A stretch of 64,000 bases of DNA, taken from NCBI RefSeq assembly GCF_006345805.1, contig NC_042999.1, forward strand, positions 135,098,001-135,162,000, in the 5' to 3' direction. Shown one piece after another: positions 48,700-61,961 of the stretch; the first letter of the stretch is position 1; each line of letters opens with the position of its first letter. The notes beneath the pieces are model-generated. The model was not told the DNA's origin. It ran no database searches and saw only the letters and a list, made by a program, of their open reading frames with translations. Source of the DNA: Octopus sinensis (lineage: Eukaryota). A program made the translations under genes and the position numbers.

Positions 48700-50487
48700 C
48701 AGATATGCGCTGATTGAAATCGAGGATACCCTGCTCAAAATGGGTGGGGCAGCATTGAACACATTCGGTTTGCCATCCTCATTGCGACAGGATGTTAACA
48801 CACTCACACCAAAGTTACTTCTGGAGTTGTCATATGACGCTGATGGCCTTGCAGAGTACCTGAGAGCAAATGAACCAAAATTGCTCCCTGATCAGAGGCT
48901 GGTATACGAAACCATCGTCAGTGCCATTGAAAAACAGGTGGGCAGCATTTTTTTCCTTGATGCTGCTAGTGGTACCGGCAAATCCTTTGTAACACAATTA
49001 ATACTTGCTAAGATTTGTCACGAGAAAAAATTGCACTAGCCGTTGCTTCCTCGGGAATTGTTGCTACGTTATTGCTTGGAGGTCGGACAGCGCACTTGAC
49101 ATTCAAGCTGCCTTTACATTTGGTGAGGGCTGAGGTTCCTACTTGCAACATTGGCAAAAATTCAGAAGAAGCTGAAGTACTTAGACAGTGCCATCTCATT
49201 GTATGGGACAAATGCACAATGACCAATAAGGGTGCCCTTGAGGCACTGGACCGGTCACTGAAAGGTATCAAGGATTCTACAGCTTCTATGGGTGGTGTAA
49301 CTCTATTGCTTTCAGGAGATTTCCGGCAAACCCTTCCTGTCATCCCTAAAGGGAGCTGGGCTGATGAAGTGCATACATGCCGTAAGTCATCCACGTTGTG
49401 GCTCCGGGTTAAGACCTTAAGCCTGAGCACAAACATGCATGCGCACTTGCTTGGTGATCACGTCTGCAGCATTCGCTGAAGACATTTTAGCCCTTGGAGA
49501 AGGCAAGGTCCCTAGGAATGATAGGGGCAACATCGTAGACAACCCTTCCAATCTTTTGGAAACAGTGTTCCCCATCGGGAAAGTAATTATGCAGACCTCA
49601 ATTGGCTCAGTGAAAGAACCATCCAGGCCCCCAAAAACGTAGCTGTCAGTACTATCAACGACCAGCTCATAAGCCGAATTCCAGGTGAGGAGCGCATCTA
49701 CAAATCGATTGACCGGACCTCTGATCCCCAAGACATTGTCAATTACCCTATCAAGTTTCTCAACTCATTGGAGCCAGCAGGGCTTCCACCTCACATTCTT
49801 ACGCTAAGGGTTGGTTACCCAGTTATGTTAATCAGAAACTTGCTTCCCCCTAAACAGTGCAACAGGACTCGCTTAACAATCAAGTCCCTACGCCCCACTT
49901 GATTGAGGCCACCATTGTGACAGAGTGTGGGAGGGGTGAAAATGTTTTCATTTCAAGGATGCAGCTTTATTCCTTGGGGTCAGACATGCCGTTTAACTTC
50001 TGCAGATCGCAGTTCCTGGTGAGACCTTGCTTTGCCATGTCCATCAACAAATCCCAAGGCCAAACACTATCAGTGGCAGGCATCCATTTGGGCTTTTCCA
50101 TTCAATCAGGATAAAAAATTGATAAACCAATTCCTTATAGGATTTCCCACTAAAATTGGCTACACCCCATTTTCAACCATAACTTTTACCAATTTTGACA
50201 TATTTTGTTCAAACTTGATGCCAGCATTACTTAGGACTCATGGGATCTTTGAATGCTTTAAGTTAAAAAAAAAAAAACAATTGATGAGTGGAAGTAATCG
50301 ATACACCAATTCCTTATGGGATTTCCCAATCAAATTGCCTACAATCCATTTTCAGCCAAACATTTACCAATTTCAACGGATTTCACTCAAATTTGATGTC
50401 GGTGTCACTTATTTTGGTTTGAAATAAAGCGCTTGATCACTTAATAATCCTAACTTAATCCTGGGCAACGCTGGGCTATACTGCTAG
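48700..50487 (+). mobile_element. Helitron RepHel remnant: Pif1-family helicase pseudogene plus 3' terminus
   Basis: DAASGTGKS, ASSGIVATLL.GGRTAH..FKLP, IVWDKCTM, GDFRQTLPV, LPPH.L.L.VG.PVMLIRNL, FAMSINKSQGQTL; multiple frameshifts; ends CCTGGGCAACGCTGGGCTATACTGCTAG|T. Confidence 0.93.
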
Positions 50488-50495
50488 TTATTATT

Positions 50496-50925
50496 AAGGC
50501 AGGAAGCTGGCAGAATCATTAGCACACTGGACTAAATGCTTAGTGGCATTTTGCTTGTTGCTATGTTCTGAGTTCAAATTCCACCAGGGTTGATAAATTA
50601 AGTACCAGTGAAACACTGGACTCAGTGTAATTGACTATCCTCCTCCCCCAAAATTTCAGGCTTTGTGCCTGTAGTAGAAAGGATTATTATTATTATTATT
50701 TTTGTTATACAAGGCAGTGAGCTGGCAGAATTGTTAACATGCTGGACTAAAATACTTAGCCACATTTCATTCGTCTTTATGTTCTGAGTTCAAATTCTGC
50801 TGAGGTCAACTTCGCTTTTCATCTTACCAGGGTTGATAAAATAAGTACCAGTTAAACACAGGGGCCAATGTAATCAACTTGTCCCCCAAAATTGGCAGCC
50901 TTGTGTCAAAATTTGAAATTTATGG
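50496..50925 (+). mobile_element. Head-to-tail dimer of GAGCTGGCAGAA-family SINEs
   Basis: Heads at about 50496 and 50711 separated by (ATT)n. Confidence 0.85.
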
Positions 50926-50995
50926 TGATGATCCCTAAATGATGTGGTCGATTTAGCTTTTTGTTTTCCCATCAGGTGTTGTCTAATTTAACTTA

Positions 50996-52262
50996 CAAGG
51001 GTGGATCAAAAAGTTCACAGAATTTTTTAATAGCATGTCAGAACACTTCACTGGGTGTTTACCCTGCTTTTAGTTACCTGCAATCAGTTTCATGGAAGCC
51101 TCTGTATTGTTCAGACCCTCTAAAAGAGAAGCTACTTTTTCGACCATGGAAAACATATTTTGAGGTAAGGTCGAATATCAAATTTTTGGTAAAACTCAAA
51201 TGGAAAGGAACACAGATCATTGAGGCTTTGGAAAAAGTTTATGGAACTCGTGCTCCAAAAGAGACTACAGTCTACAAGTGGATTCAGCGATTCAAAGAAG
51301 GAAGAGATGACTTTGAAGACAATCCTTGCTCGGGAAGACCAGGAACCTCAAAAAAAATTATGCAAACATCGAGGCTGCTCGAAATTTAATTGAAAAAGAT
51401 CGGCGAATAACTGTCAATCAGATAGCTACGTCCATAGACATTTCCTATGGTCGGCAAATTCAATTCTTCATGATAATTTGGGACTGAGCAAGCTTTCAGC
51501 ACGATGGGTCCCAAAAGCGTTGCAGCTTGATCAACAAAATCTTCGAAGTGATCTCTCCTTAACATTATTGAACAAAATTGAAGCAGACGAAGAGCAATTT
51601 CTGGCGAAAATTATCACCGGAGATGAGACTTGGATTTACCAGTATGATCTTGAGTCCAAAAATCAGTCAGAGCAATGGCTCCCATGTGGATCTTCAGGAC
51701 CCATCAAGTTCAGATCTCAAAAGTCGGCTCAAAAAGTGATGGCCACGGTTTTCTGGGATTCAGAGGGTGTGATACTGATAGATTACCTTGAAAATCAAAG
51801 AACAGTAACAGGAGTTTACTATGCTGAGGTTTTAAGGAAGCTAAAGGACGCTTTGATTAAAAAACGGAAAGGGAAACTTCATGGTTTCATCATGACAATG
51901 TACCAGCGCATTCTTCGAGGGTTGCGCAAGATGTCCTTCGAGAATTTTGATGGGAAGTGCTTCCTCACCCACCATATAGTCCCAATTTAGCTCCATCAGA
52001 CTTCTTCCTTTTTCCAAAACTCAAAAAAATCGTCAAAGGAACCAATTTTAATGACATAGAAGCAAAACACTGTGCCACTACTTGGCTCTGAAAATATCCT
52101 CCAGAATTCTTTTAAAACGGACTTCGAACTTGGAAACATCGACTTGAGAAGTGCATTGACTTGAATGGCAACTATGTTGAGAAATAAGCTCACGTATATA
52201 TGTTGTTTTTGTAAAATAAATTAATTTCTTAAAAATTCCGCGAACTTTTTGATCCACCCTCA
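50996..52262 (+). mobile_element. Full-length mariner (DD34D-type) element with a frameshifted transposase
   Basis: ~33-bp TIRs (C.AGGGTGGATCAAAAAGTTC) and TA TSD at 50994-50995 and 52263-52264; IKFLVKL..YKWIQRFKEGR, ARWVPK.L, IITGDETW, KVMATVFWDSEG, HHDN, PYSPNLAPSDFFLF; 1267 bp. Confidence 0.96.
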
Positions 52263-52269
52263 TATGTTT

Positions 52270-53080
52270 ATTCTTGTGCTCAAAGAGTGTATCACCTACA
52301 ACCAGGTTACTTTCTTCACAAATGTCTGTCAGGCGTTTGCCTTTGTGATCTGACCCGTTCCACACTGTCCTGTGATTCATTCTTTGTTTCCATTGTTGCT
52401 TCCAACTCTTGTGTTGAAATCTTCCATTAAAAATAGCGCATCATGTTTTGGTATGTTTTTCAATGTTGAACATAGTACATTGTAAAATTTATCTTTGTCC
52501 TCATCTTCAGAATCTTCAATGAGCGCATAAGACACTATAATAGATAATTTTGTATAGTGTGAGTTTAATCTGACATGTAGTAATTGTTCATTAATCAGAG
52601 TCCATTGAAGTAATGTATTTACATGTTTCTTTCCAATAATGAGAGTGACACCTTGCTGATGTGTCATCTTGTCTACCAGACCATATAATAGTTTCTCCAG
52701 AACTGGTTTTCTGCTTCCCTGGTCCATCTTGCTTTGGTTATTCCAAGTAGATCCAGGTGATAGTTGTTCATTTCATGTAGTACCTGTGCTAATTTTCCCT
52801 ATTGAAAGAAGGTTCTCACATTCCAGCATCAAAATCTACAAAGAGTTTTGGGGGTCAGGAAGTCAGGCATCAGGCTGGATACTTCCTTTCAGCTTTGATC
52901 TCCAACCATCATAAAATCGTTCCTTTGCCCAAAGAAAAGGAGTTTGGGTTTTATTTTTATATCATTATTTCTTGTTACCGTTTCTGTAGTTTGTGATACT
53001 TTTACAGGATGGGGTGCTAGCCCTATGCCCAACCCTCCTCTTTCATCTGGGCTTGGGACTGGCGTAGGCAGAGTCTGTTT
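52270..53080 (-). mobile_element. RTE LINE 5' end with an apurinic-endonuclease remnant
   Basis: HQQGVTLII, INEQLLHVRL, SIIVSYA..ED..KD.FY, MEDFNTRVG, GKRL.DICEESNLVVGDT.F.HK; RTE-type 5' motif GTCCCAAGCCCAGATGAAAGAGGAGGGTTGGGC. Confidence 0.85.
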
Positions 53081-54224
53081 AATATAATGGACATATTTGA
53101 TTTATTTGCTTTATTGGTAATGTTAGTAAGTAGAACAAGAGTAGTCCAAAAAACTTCCATTTATGTGACAACATTTTTAGTGCTTTCAGAATATGAATAT
53201 GCACATCAGTTGTTATTTGCATATTGTTGTAAATAAGGTGGTTCTATATTTGGAAGCAGAGTTAAGGATTCTGTATTTAGATTCTTTTAAATTTGAAGTC
53301 TTTTGGTGGTGAATAATTGCAATTCTTTAGCTTCTAAGTCAATTCTGACCAAGCAGACTTAGCTACTATATCAAACATTATTCAAGCTGGTAGAGTTTGA
53401 TTCAAGAAGAGTTTTGCAAAGAACTATTTTTATAACTGTTTTCAGTTGTCGATCTGCCACCATCTTCATATCTCTCTTTTCATGTGTGTTTCTCATTCTC
53501 TATATCTTTCTGTACTCTGCCGAAGAGAAAGAGAAAAAGATTAAAGTGAGATTGAAGCAGAAAGGAAAATAGAGTTTGATATCACACTAACATTTTAGAA
53601 TCTTTTGTTGACTCACACTACCATACTTTCGCAACTTTCTGTGATTCCATTTTTTACCAATATCATTTCATTTCAACTTTCTATCTTTCTCCATCTCTCA
53701 TCTTGACAAACTGCATGACATGGTTCAAAGGAGATTAGGTCACTATTTCTCAAAATTATGCTATACAATACTTTCCTGTGTGATAGCTAATATATATGTT
53801 TTATAGGTAATTGTTTCATAGTTTCTAAATACAAAGCAGACATATGTAAAGACAGTTTCATGTATAGTTTAGCAGTGGTACCCAGCAATGCCTGTTTTTT
53901 AAAGTTAGAACATACATATATACATAGGTACTTGTATATATACATAAGACATTTGTTGCATCAAAGTAACAGTCCACCAATGTCAAGATTTTATACATGC
54001 ATAAGTCATGCATGCAAGGTGTGAAATCCTTATGAACCTGGTAACATTTCAACTAATTGTAATCATACAGTACTTTCTTCTACCCCTTTTCATCTTCTCA
54101 CTTCTATTCTTAAGGGAGGGTGAGAAGTATGCTTGCACTCAGTAATCTCGAAAAGAATGTGGCATGGAAGTGCTACTTTGAAAGGTTATTAAACATTGAG
54201 AATATCTAGAAAAAAGGTCCTCAG

Positions 54225-54850
54225 AATGTGAATCCAACAGAACCAGCTATCCTTGTTGATAACAGTATGGTAGATGAGGTAATTAGGACTCCGTAAACAG
54301 GGAAAGTCCCTGGCCCTTCTGAAATTACTGTTAAGATGCTTAAAATATCTGACACAGTAAGATACAGGTTTGTCACCCATATAGTTAATCAGGTTATATA
54401 GGAAGTTGTCATATTCAATGACTGACATTGCATCATTATAGTTAGCTGTTACAGGGGTAAAGTAAATGCCTTAGATAGAAGCATTTACTGAAATATCAAA
54501 CTGCTGGACTAAGTCGTGAAAGTTACAGAGAAAGCTATAGCCCAGTTAACAAGGAACAAAATTTGACTTGAGACACTGTTGGTTTTGTGGCTCTTATTGA
54601 CTTGCCAGGATTCTAGTTAATTTGGCATTCATTGATCTGAAGGGTCCTCCACTCTGTGATATGAGATCTCTGGGGAAGCTAGGAGTAGATGAATTGATTG
54701 CAAAAGTGTTGTCTTTAAGATAAGAGTTAGCCATGATAACAGGGATGAATTTAGGCTACTGGTAGGAGTTAACCAGAATCAATTCTCAACTCCCTCCTAT
54801 TCATCATTGTCCTCCAGACTATAATGGAAGAATTGCTGTGGTAGACAGGT
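54225..54850 (+). mobile_element. Degenerate RTE RT remnant (same family as 10850-11651)
   Basis: By-eye nucleotide similarity to 11030-11560 (e.g. AAGATGCTTAAAATATCTG, GTCACCCATATAGTTAATCAG); many stops. Confidence 0.75.
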
Positions 54851-56047
54851 CTTCTTCAGCACAGCGAATTGCCAATTATCTCTTCTGAGGGGTATAGTAG
54901 ACAACATAATACTTTCATTCATCTGAAGCCTAATGTTCCAAAAGTCAAAGGGCCAAGGACATACAAGAAAAAAGGCAGCACAGGCTCCAATATCAGAGAC
55001 AATGAAATGCCATGGAAACATAAGAGCAACGAGAAGTAAAACTTCAGTTTGAAACAACCAGGCAAGCCCACTTGAGGGAACAAAACACTTGAGCAGAAAC
55101 AACAGAGATTGGAGTCTCAAGCCAGTAGAAAAGCCTGCTTCAGAAAACAAGTGTTGGAATTTAGACCTTTTCTTCCCAAAGAGTGATGATTAGCAGCCTT
55201 TAACTACAATCTGAAATATGGCCATTATGATAGATGCCTTATGAATACATTTGAGTACAGTAGAGACTGGGGTAAAAACCAAGTGACTGCTAGTATATAT
55301 GTACAGACTAGGTGACTGCTAGTATATATGTTCATGAACAACAACTCACTCACTTGCTCTTTCTTGAATCAACAGCTAAGTTATTATTATTATTATTATT
55401 TAAATGTGACTGAGTCAATGAATCTAGGATTCCTCCATTTCTTTCAATATCTAGTTGCAAAGGCCACATGTAATTTGATTTCAATTTCAGCCAGACTCCT
55501 CCTCTCATTGCAAAATGGTTATGCAATAAATTTAATGATTAAAATGTACATGTATATTAATTTTGTATTAATATTTTAATGATAATAATAATTATTATTA
55601 TTAAATTCTACAGCTTTTCTTCTGATCCCATCTAGCTATGTGGTGCGTAAACTTAGTTTTCACAAGGCCTGTGCTCAACATCCATTTTGCACACCCGTTG
55701 TGCCCACCTACCTTCCACCAACATTTTAATTCATATATTAACATTTTCACCTGGTAACTCATACATTTCCTGTGCTGTGTGTGTGACTACATATTTTCAT
55801 TATATATCTTATGCCCTCATATAGGTGCCCTGATGAATGTCACATACAGTTAAAGGTACCTCATGTATAAATATTTAGGCATATACTTAAACTGGCCTAT
55901 GTAACCACCCTATTTCATAGCCACTTGTTAGCTCTCGCTCTAGATGTTGGATGAGGTGGGGAAACTGATTTATTGTAATTCACTGAATGTACCAAAGCTC
56001 TATGCTAGCTGGTAAGTATTTTTGCTGCCACCATTCTCAAGTACTCA

Positions 56048-56630
56048 ATCTCAAGGCTGCTACCATCAATGTTGGCACAATGAAAGGAAGGAATGGGGAG
56101 ATGATTGAAGTGTTGGAGCAATGCCATGTTGTGTTTAGTGTGGAAGAAGTAAGATGGAGGGGAACTTCAGCTAGATTCCTCATGGGTAAGTGACAGAGAT
56201 TCAAGGTGCATGGGGGCTATGGTTTTGGACCTTGAAATGAGGAGAGAACAAGACTGCTGGAGTTCTGTGATGCAAATGATCTGATGATCTACAACACTAA
56301 CTTCAAAAAGCCAGCCAGCTACCCAATCACTTATCAGTCTGGTGAGCACATAAGCCAGATTGACTACCTCCTCACCTGGCAACAAGATAGATGGATGCTT
56401 AAAAATGCAAAGTCTTTCCTAGGTGAAGAGTATACAACCCAACATGAGTTACTGGTTAGTGAATTCAGAATTAGAGCTAGAAAGACTCAGAGAAATAAAC
56501 CAATCTGGAAAAGAAGACTATGGAAGCTCAAAGACCCAGCAAACAGTCAAAAATTTAGAGATTTACTAATGGAAGTTTCTGACAAAAGAGAGGAAGAATT
56601 GGGGACATATAGGTTAGAGGACAATTGGAC
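56048..56630 (+). mobile_element. RTE endonuclease remnant with an internal deletion
   Basis: TINVGTMKGR..E..E.L, EVRWRG, LLEFCDANDL.I.NT.FKK, ITYQSG...SQIDYLL, E...QH.LLV. Confidence 0.85.
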
Positions 56631-57441
56631 AGTGAGGAGGAGGGGTTAGGAGAATAGACACAGGTAATGGTGGTGGGAGAAGGGATATCCAGTGTAGATA
56701 GTTGGAAAGAAAGAGATATCTGGTATTGATGGTGAGGGTGGGTGCAACGTGAAGAAGCAAAGTTTGGTGTGGGGACAGAAGGACGAAAATAATGGTAATA
56801 AGAATGAGATTAAGCAGGTTGAGAAAATGAAGAGAAACAGGTAATTATAATTATCTTAACAAAATTATATATATTGTATATATGTATAATAAGAGATAAA
56901 GCTGAAAATAGTTGAAGTAAAATTACAATGAAAGTCATGCTAAAAAGAAGAAAAATATATTTATACCCAAATAAAGCTCCATAAACATTTTCTGAACTGG
57001 TTTTTATCTGGTACATCTAATTAAGACAATTTTCCCAGCATTTAGACACACACTGGTTCTTCTTTTAAACCTTTTGTGATTACTTCCTTGTTCAGTTATA
57101 TGATTTGTTTGTGAGAACAATTTTTTTTTTATAGTGGTTAGATCTATTCTAATAAGATAACTGCTTCCCAGGAGCTAGCGGTTTACTCTCTAAGGATTGT
57201 TTCTTAATGATTTATGCAGATTTTGTTCTGTTTATTTTCTTATAATTTTGCTATTTTGAATCTCAAAAGCTTTTGTTAAGGCTTCAGCATACTCTCACAA
57301 ATAAGCATTAAGATACTAAGTTACAAATTTAAACAGATGGCAGAAAATTATGTGACGTACATGCTTTCCTTCAGTACCAACCCTAGATAAACTGGATCCA
57401 ACAGGAAATACATTAGTTGAAAAATTCATCACCATTACCAC

Positions 57442-57487
<46 letters not shown>

Positions 57488-57506
57488 TTCTACTTCTACT
57501 ACTACT
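57442..57506. repeat. (CTA)n/(CTT) microsatellite
   Basis: Direct reading. Confidence 0.95.
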
Positions 57507-58031
57507 TCAATGACTCTGACAAAACTGATATCTCATCTTTAGGTCATTAAATTTTTCTCAACTGATCAATGAGCCTATTGACTAAAACAATAACAAACTT
57601 ATCATGACAATGGAAAACAGCTGTAAGTCAAAATTACTACAATGATGTATTATGTAATGACCATTATTTATGCCTTGTCTTATATATATATATATATATA
57701 TATATGTTTGATTGTTATGGCCAGTCAACCTTCTATAAATATATTACTGGTCTAATGTTTTAGAGTGTGCTTCTTTTTCGGATATACAAACTACTGATGA
57801 TATATGTATGTATGTATGTATGTGTAGTGGTTAAGTGTGTATGTAAACAAATACGTAAACCGATTCATAATTGAAAAGAATTTATTTACAGGACTTGATT
57901 CGTTAGAGGTACACTACATACAAAATGTAGGCAACTTCTATGAGTTGCTAGAAATACAGAGTACATTCGTGGAAGTCATATTAGGAATGAATATGTTTGC
58001 GTGTGTGCGTGGTTCATTCGAAACAGTAGTG

Positions 58032-58228
58032 CAGTGGTTCCCAAACGTTTTAGAGTCGCGACCCACTATTTATCACACCAGTTTATGACGACCCACTTGA
58101 AGTCTTGAACTATCTCAATAGACAGCAGTTAATCAAAGCTAATGCGCAATTTTATAACTTTTTGTGACCCACTAAGATTCCGTTCGTGACCCATCTGTGG
58201 GTCGCGACTCATAGTTTGGGAACCACTA
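58032..58228. mobile_element. hAT-type MITE
   Basis: TIR CAGTGGTTCCCAAAC / GTTTGGGAACCACTA; 8-bp TSD CAGTAGTG at 58024-58031 and 58229-58236; subterminal GTCGCGAC motifs. Confidence 0.9.
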
Positions 58229-58574
58229 CAGTAGTGTATCGGCACTTCAAACATTTCTCTCTGTCCCTGCGGTCTGCCAAAACCTTGGGTCGTAGACAGA
58301 TCTATCTCGTCTGTCTGCTTGCCTCTCTTGTTTCACCACAGTTTTATAATATTTGTGGCAGCTAGAAAGACAGACATACTGCAGCAGAGTTTGTACTTAA
58401 ATAGGTCAGTGCCTGACATGCTGGGGTCGCAGGTCAAAGGGAGATGATCAATCAATTTTTGACAAGACAAAGAAAAACTTTTTTCACGCCTGTTGATCAT
58501 CGTGGTTTGGAGGACCGAGAATTCTTGGATTCAGTTTCAAATCTAGGCTTGGAGAAGGAAGTGTTAATTCTTAC

Positions 58575-58575
<1 letters not shown>

Positions 58576-58605
<30 letters not shown>

Positions 58606-58748
58606 TGTATGTATGTACGTATGTATGTATGTATGTGTGTATGTATGCATGTATGTGTGTATGTATGTATGTGTGTGTGTGTGTGTATTTGTGTTTGTAT
58701 GTACATGTGTATGTATATATGTATGTATGTATATATATATATATATAT
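58576..58748. repeat. (TATG)n/(TG)n/(TA)n compound microsatellite
   Basis: Direct reading; explains the overlapping YVCM/IHTY ORFs. Confidence 0.97.
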
Positions 58749-59126
58749 GGTGGAGGCGCAATGGCCCAATGGTTAGGGCAGCGGACTCGTGGCCATAGGA
58801 TCATGGTTTTGACTCCCAGACCAGGTGTTGTGAATGTTTATTAGCAAAAACACATAAAGCTCCACGAGGCTCTGGCAGGGGGTGGTGGCGAACTCAGCTG
58901 TACTCTTTCACCACAACTTTCTCTTTTTCTTCCTATTTCTGTTGTACCTGTATTTCAAAAGGACCAGCCTCGTCACACTCTGTATCATGCTGAATCTCTC
59001 TGAGAACTACATTAAGCGTACACATGTCTGTGGAGTGTTCAGCCACTTACATGTTAATTTCACGAGCAGGCTGTTCCGTTGATTGGATCAACTGGAACCC
59101 TTGTCATCATAACTGGTAGAGTACCA
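58749..59126 (+). mobile_element. tRNA-derived SINE (GGAGGCGCAATGGCCC family), full length
   Basis: Box A TGGCCCAATGG, box-B-like GGTTTTGACTCC; body matches 5298-5611. Confidence 0.88.
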
Positions 59127-59292
<166 letters not shown>

Positions 59293-59725
59293 AGGTTGTC
59301 ATCAACTTACAATCTATCCAACTTATGACTAATTGACTTAACGACAATTGGTGCACCAGCTCCCAGCAGCAATAATATATAGTCCAGTTAAAATCTAATG
59401 AGTTTAATTTCTTAGAAATTTCTTAGAATTTATCTTATTGACAAGTTGTTTAAGGAAAGCATTCTTAGGTGGAATGGGAATATCCTTCAGAGATGTGTTA
59501 ATATTAAATAACTCCATATGCTGTTACTATTTTGTTAGCAGGTTATAAATAAACCTGATTAAAGTATATATAAATTGATGAATGTATTTTTCCCTTGTTA
59601 ACAATTAACATGGAAAAAATAGATAAATAGTTACCAGGGTAGCAAAATATCACACAAGTAAAGAGGTTGTAACTCCTTGTTTTTAAAGGTAGAAACTTCG
59701 GGTTTATGTGGAATTTTTTGTATAA

Positions 59726-59979
59726 TCTATATATATAAAACTGAGAATGTGTGTCTGTCTGTGTGAATCCCTAAAACTTGAGAACTACACAACCAATTTC
59801 ATTCAAATTTTACACATGCCTTCCTTAGGGTCCATGTAGTGTCATGGGCAAAAATCTTTTAACTCTTTGCCTAGAGCGAGACCACAGCAATATCATATCT
59901 TCTCCACACCACTGGTTTTAAATTCATATTAATCAAATTAATATTCAATTTTTCACCCTTATTATTTTAAATTTAAATT

Positions 59980-59990
<11 letters not shown>
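59726..59990 (+). mobile_element. Helitron-like 5' fragment; second copy at about 62252-62450
   Basis: A|TCTATATATATAAAACTG start is identical to 43140; no CTAG/hairpin end found. Confidence 0.6.
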
Positions 59991-60025
<35 letters not shown>

Positions 60026-60102
60026 GATGTATATATATATAAATATATATATATATATGTATATATATGGATGTATATATATATATACATGTATATATGT
60101 GG

Positions 60103-60155
<53 letters not shown>

Positions 60156-60619
60156 TAATATAATAAGAGTAAATAATAGTTTTAATGGTTTTTAAAAAAC
60201 CAACAATTATTTACTGGTAGATTTCAGCATGTAAATATAACCATTAGCGGTAGGAATTCGTAAATAACCATTAGACTTTGTTTTCATTATTTCTTCCTTC
60301 TGCTTTGCATATGTGAATTACAGGGATATGTTGTATGTGGAGTCTTATTTGTAGAAAATAGAAATAAACAGTTTTTGACTGCTATTTCTAATTTTTTTGG
60401 TATGTCGCTAAGCAACCTGTTGCCTGCCTTTTTTATTTATATACAAAAAAATATATATTGAGCTTTTATAGAAGTTCCTACCGTTAATGGTTATATATAT
60501 ATGTGACCTCGTGAAGACCACTTGCATTTTTTTTCCCTCTGTCCTCCCACCTCGGGATCTTTCTTTCTCCTATTTCTTCTGCTTTAAATAAAGTATATAT
60601 ATATACATGTATATGTATA

Positions 60620-61961
60620 CATCATCATCATCATCGTTTAGCATCCGCTTTCCATGCTAGCATGGGTTGGATGGTTCAACTGGGGTCTGGGAAGCCAGAA
60701 AGCTGCACCAGGCCCAGTCTGATCTGGCAATGTTTCTATGGCTGGATGCCCTTTCTAATGCCAACCACTCCGTGAGTGTAGTGGGTGCTTATACGTGCCA
60801 CCAGCACAGTTGCCAGACTCGTCTGGCAAATGGCCACGATCGGATGGTGCTTTTTATGTGCCACCGGCATGGGGGCCAGGCGGGGCTGGCAACGGCCATG
60901 AACAGATGGTGCTTTTTATGTGCCACCGGCACGAGGCCAGTCGGGGCAGTGCTGGCAATGGCCACATTTGGATGGTTCTCTCACGTGCCACCGGCACTGG
61001 TATCTCACCTGCAATTTCCATTGATCGATTTCGATTCTGATTCTGATTCTCACTTGCCTCAACAGGTCTTCATAAGTAGAGTTTTGTGTCCCAAGAAGGG
61101 AAGGTATGCATAAGTGGACTGGCTACATCCCGTGTAGAAGGCCACGGGTTATGGTCTCACTTGTCCTGCCGGGTCTTCTCACGCACAGCATACTTCCAGA
61201 GGTCTCGGTCTCTAGTCATTTCCTCAGTGAGACCTAAAGTTCGAAGGTCGTGCTTCACCACCTCGTCCCAGGTTTTCCTGGGTCTGCCTCTTCCACAGGT
61301 TCCCTCATCCGCTAGGGTGTGGCACTTTATCACACAACTATCTTCATCCATTCTCGCCACATGACCATACCAGCGCAAACGTCTCTCTTGCACACCACAT
61401 CTGATGCTTCTTAGGTCCAGCTTTTCTCTCAAGGTACTTACACTCTGTCGAGTATGAACACTGACATTACACATCCATCGGAGCATACTGGCTTCATTTC
61501 TTGCGAGCTTACGCATATCCTCAGCAGTCATGGCCCATGTTTCACTTCCATGTAGCATGGCTGTTCGTACACACGCGTCATACAGTCTGCCTTTTGCTCT
61601 GAGCGAGAGGCCTTTTGTCACCAGCAGAGGTAAGAGCTCTCTGAACTTTGCCCAAGCTATTCTTACTCTAGCAGTTACACTTTCAGCACACCCACCCCCG
61701 CTACTGACTTGGTCACCTAGGTAACGGAAGCTATCAACTATTTCTAGTTTTTCTCCCTGGAAAGTGACAGAAGTTGGTCTCAGAGCATTTCCAGTGTTTA
61801 TTGTTCCTGAGCATCTGCCACATACAAAAACTATCTTCCCAGTTAGCCTTCCTTTGACATTGCTGCACCTCTTATGTGTCCATAGCTTACACTTGGTCCA
61901 TTTTATAGAGTTTCTACCTACACCTTTTCTACAGATCGAGCAGGGCCATCTACCTGAAGGC
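60620..61961 (-). mobile_element. 5'-truncated, apparently young RTE LINE
   Basis: Frame is open from 61960 to 61157 (267 codons plus stop): PCSICRKGVGRNS..CKLWTHKRC, FRYLGD, WAKFRELLPLL, LHGSETW, RLRWYGHV, GRPRKTW; long 3'UTR and (GAT)n tail; TSD GTATATGTATA at 60609-60619 and 61962-61972. Confidence 0.95.

Noticed and set aside
48740-50114. Host PIF1 helicase gene
   Set aside because: Intronless, several frameshifts and stops, altered Walker motifs, and it ends at a Helitron hairpin-CTAG terminus.
51125-52190. Domesticated SETMAR-like gene
   Set aside because: TIRs and TA TSD are intact, the frame is broken several times, and there is no SET domain or splice linkage.
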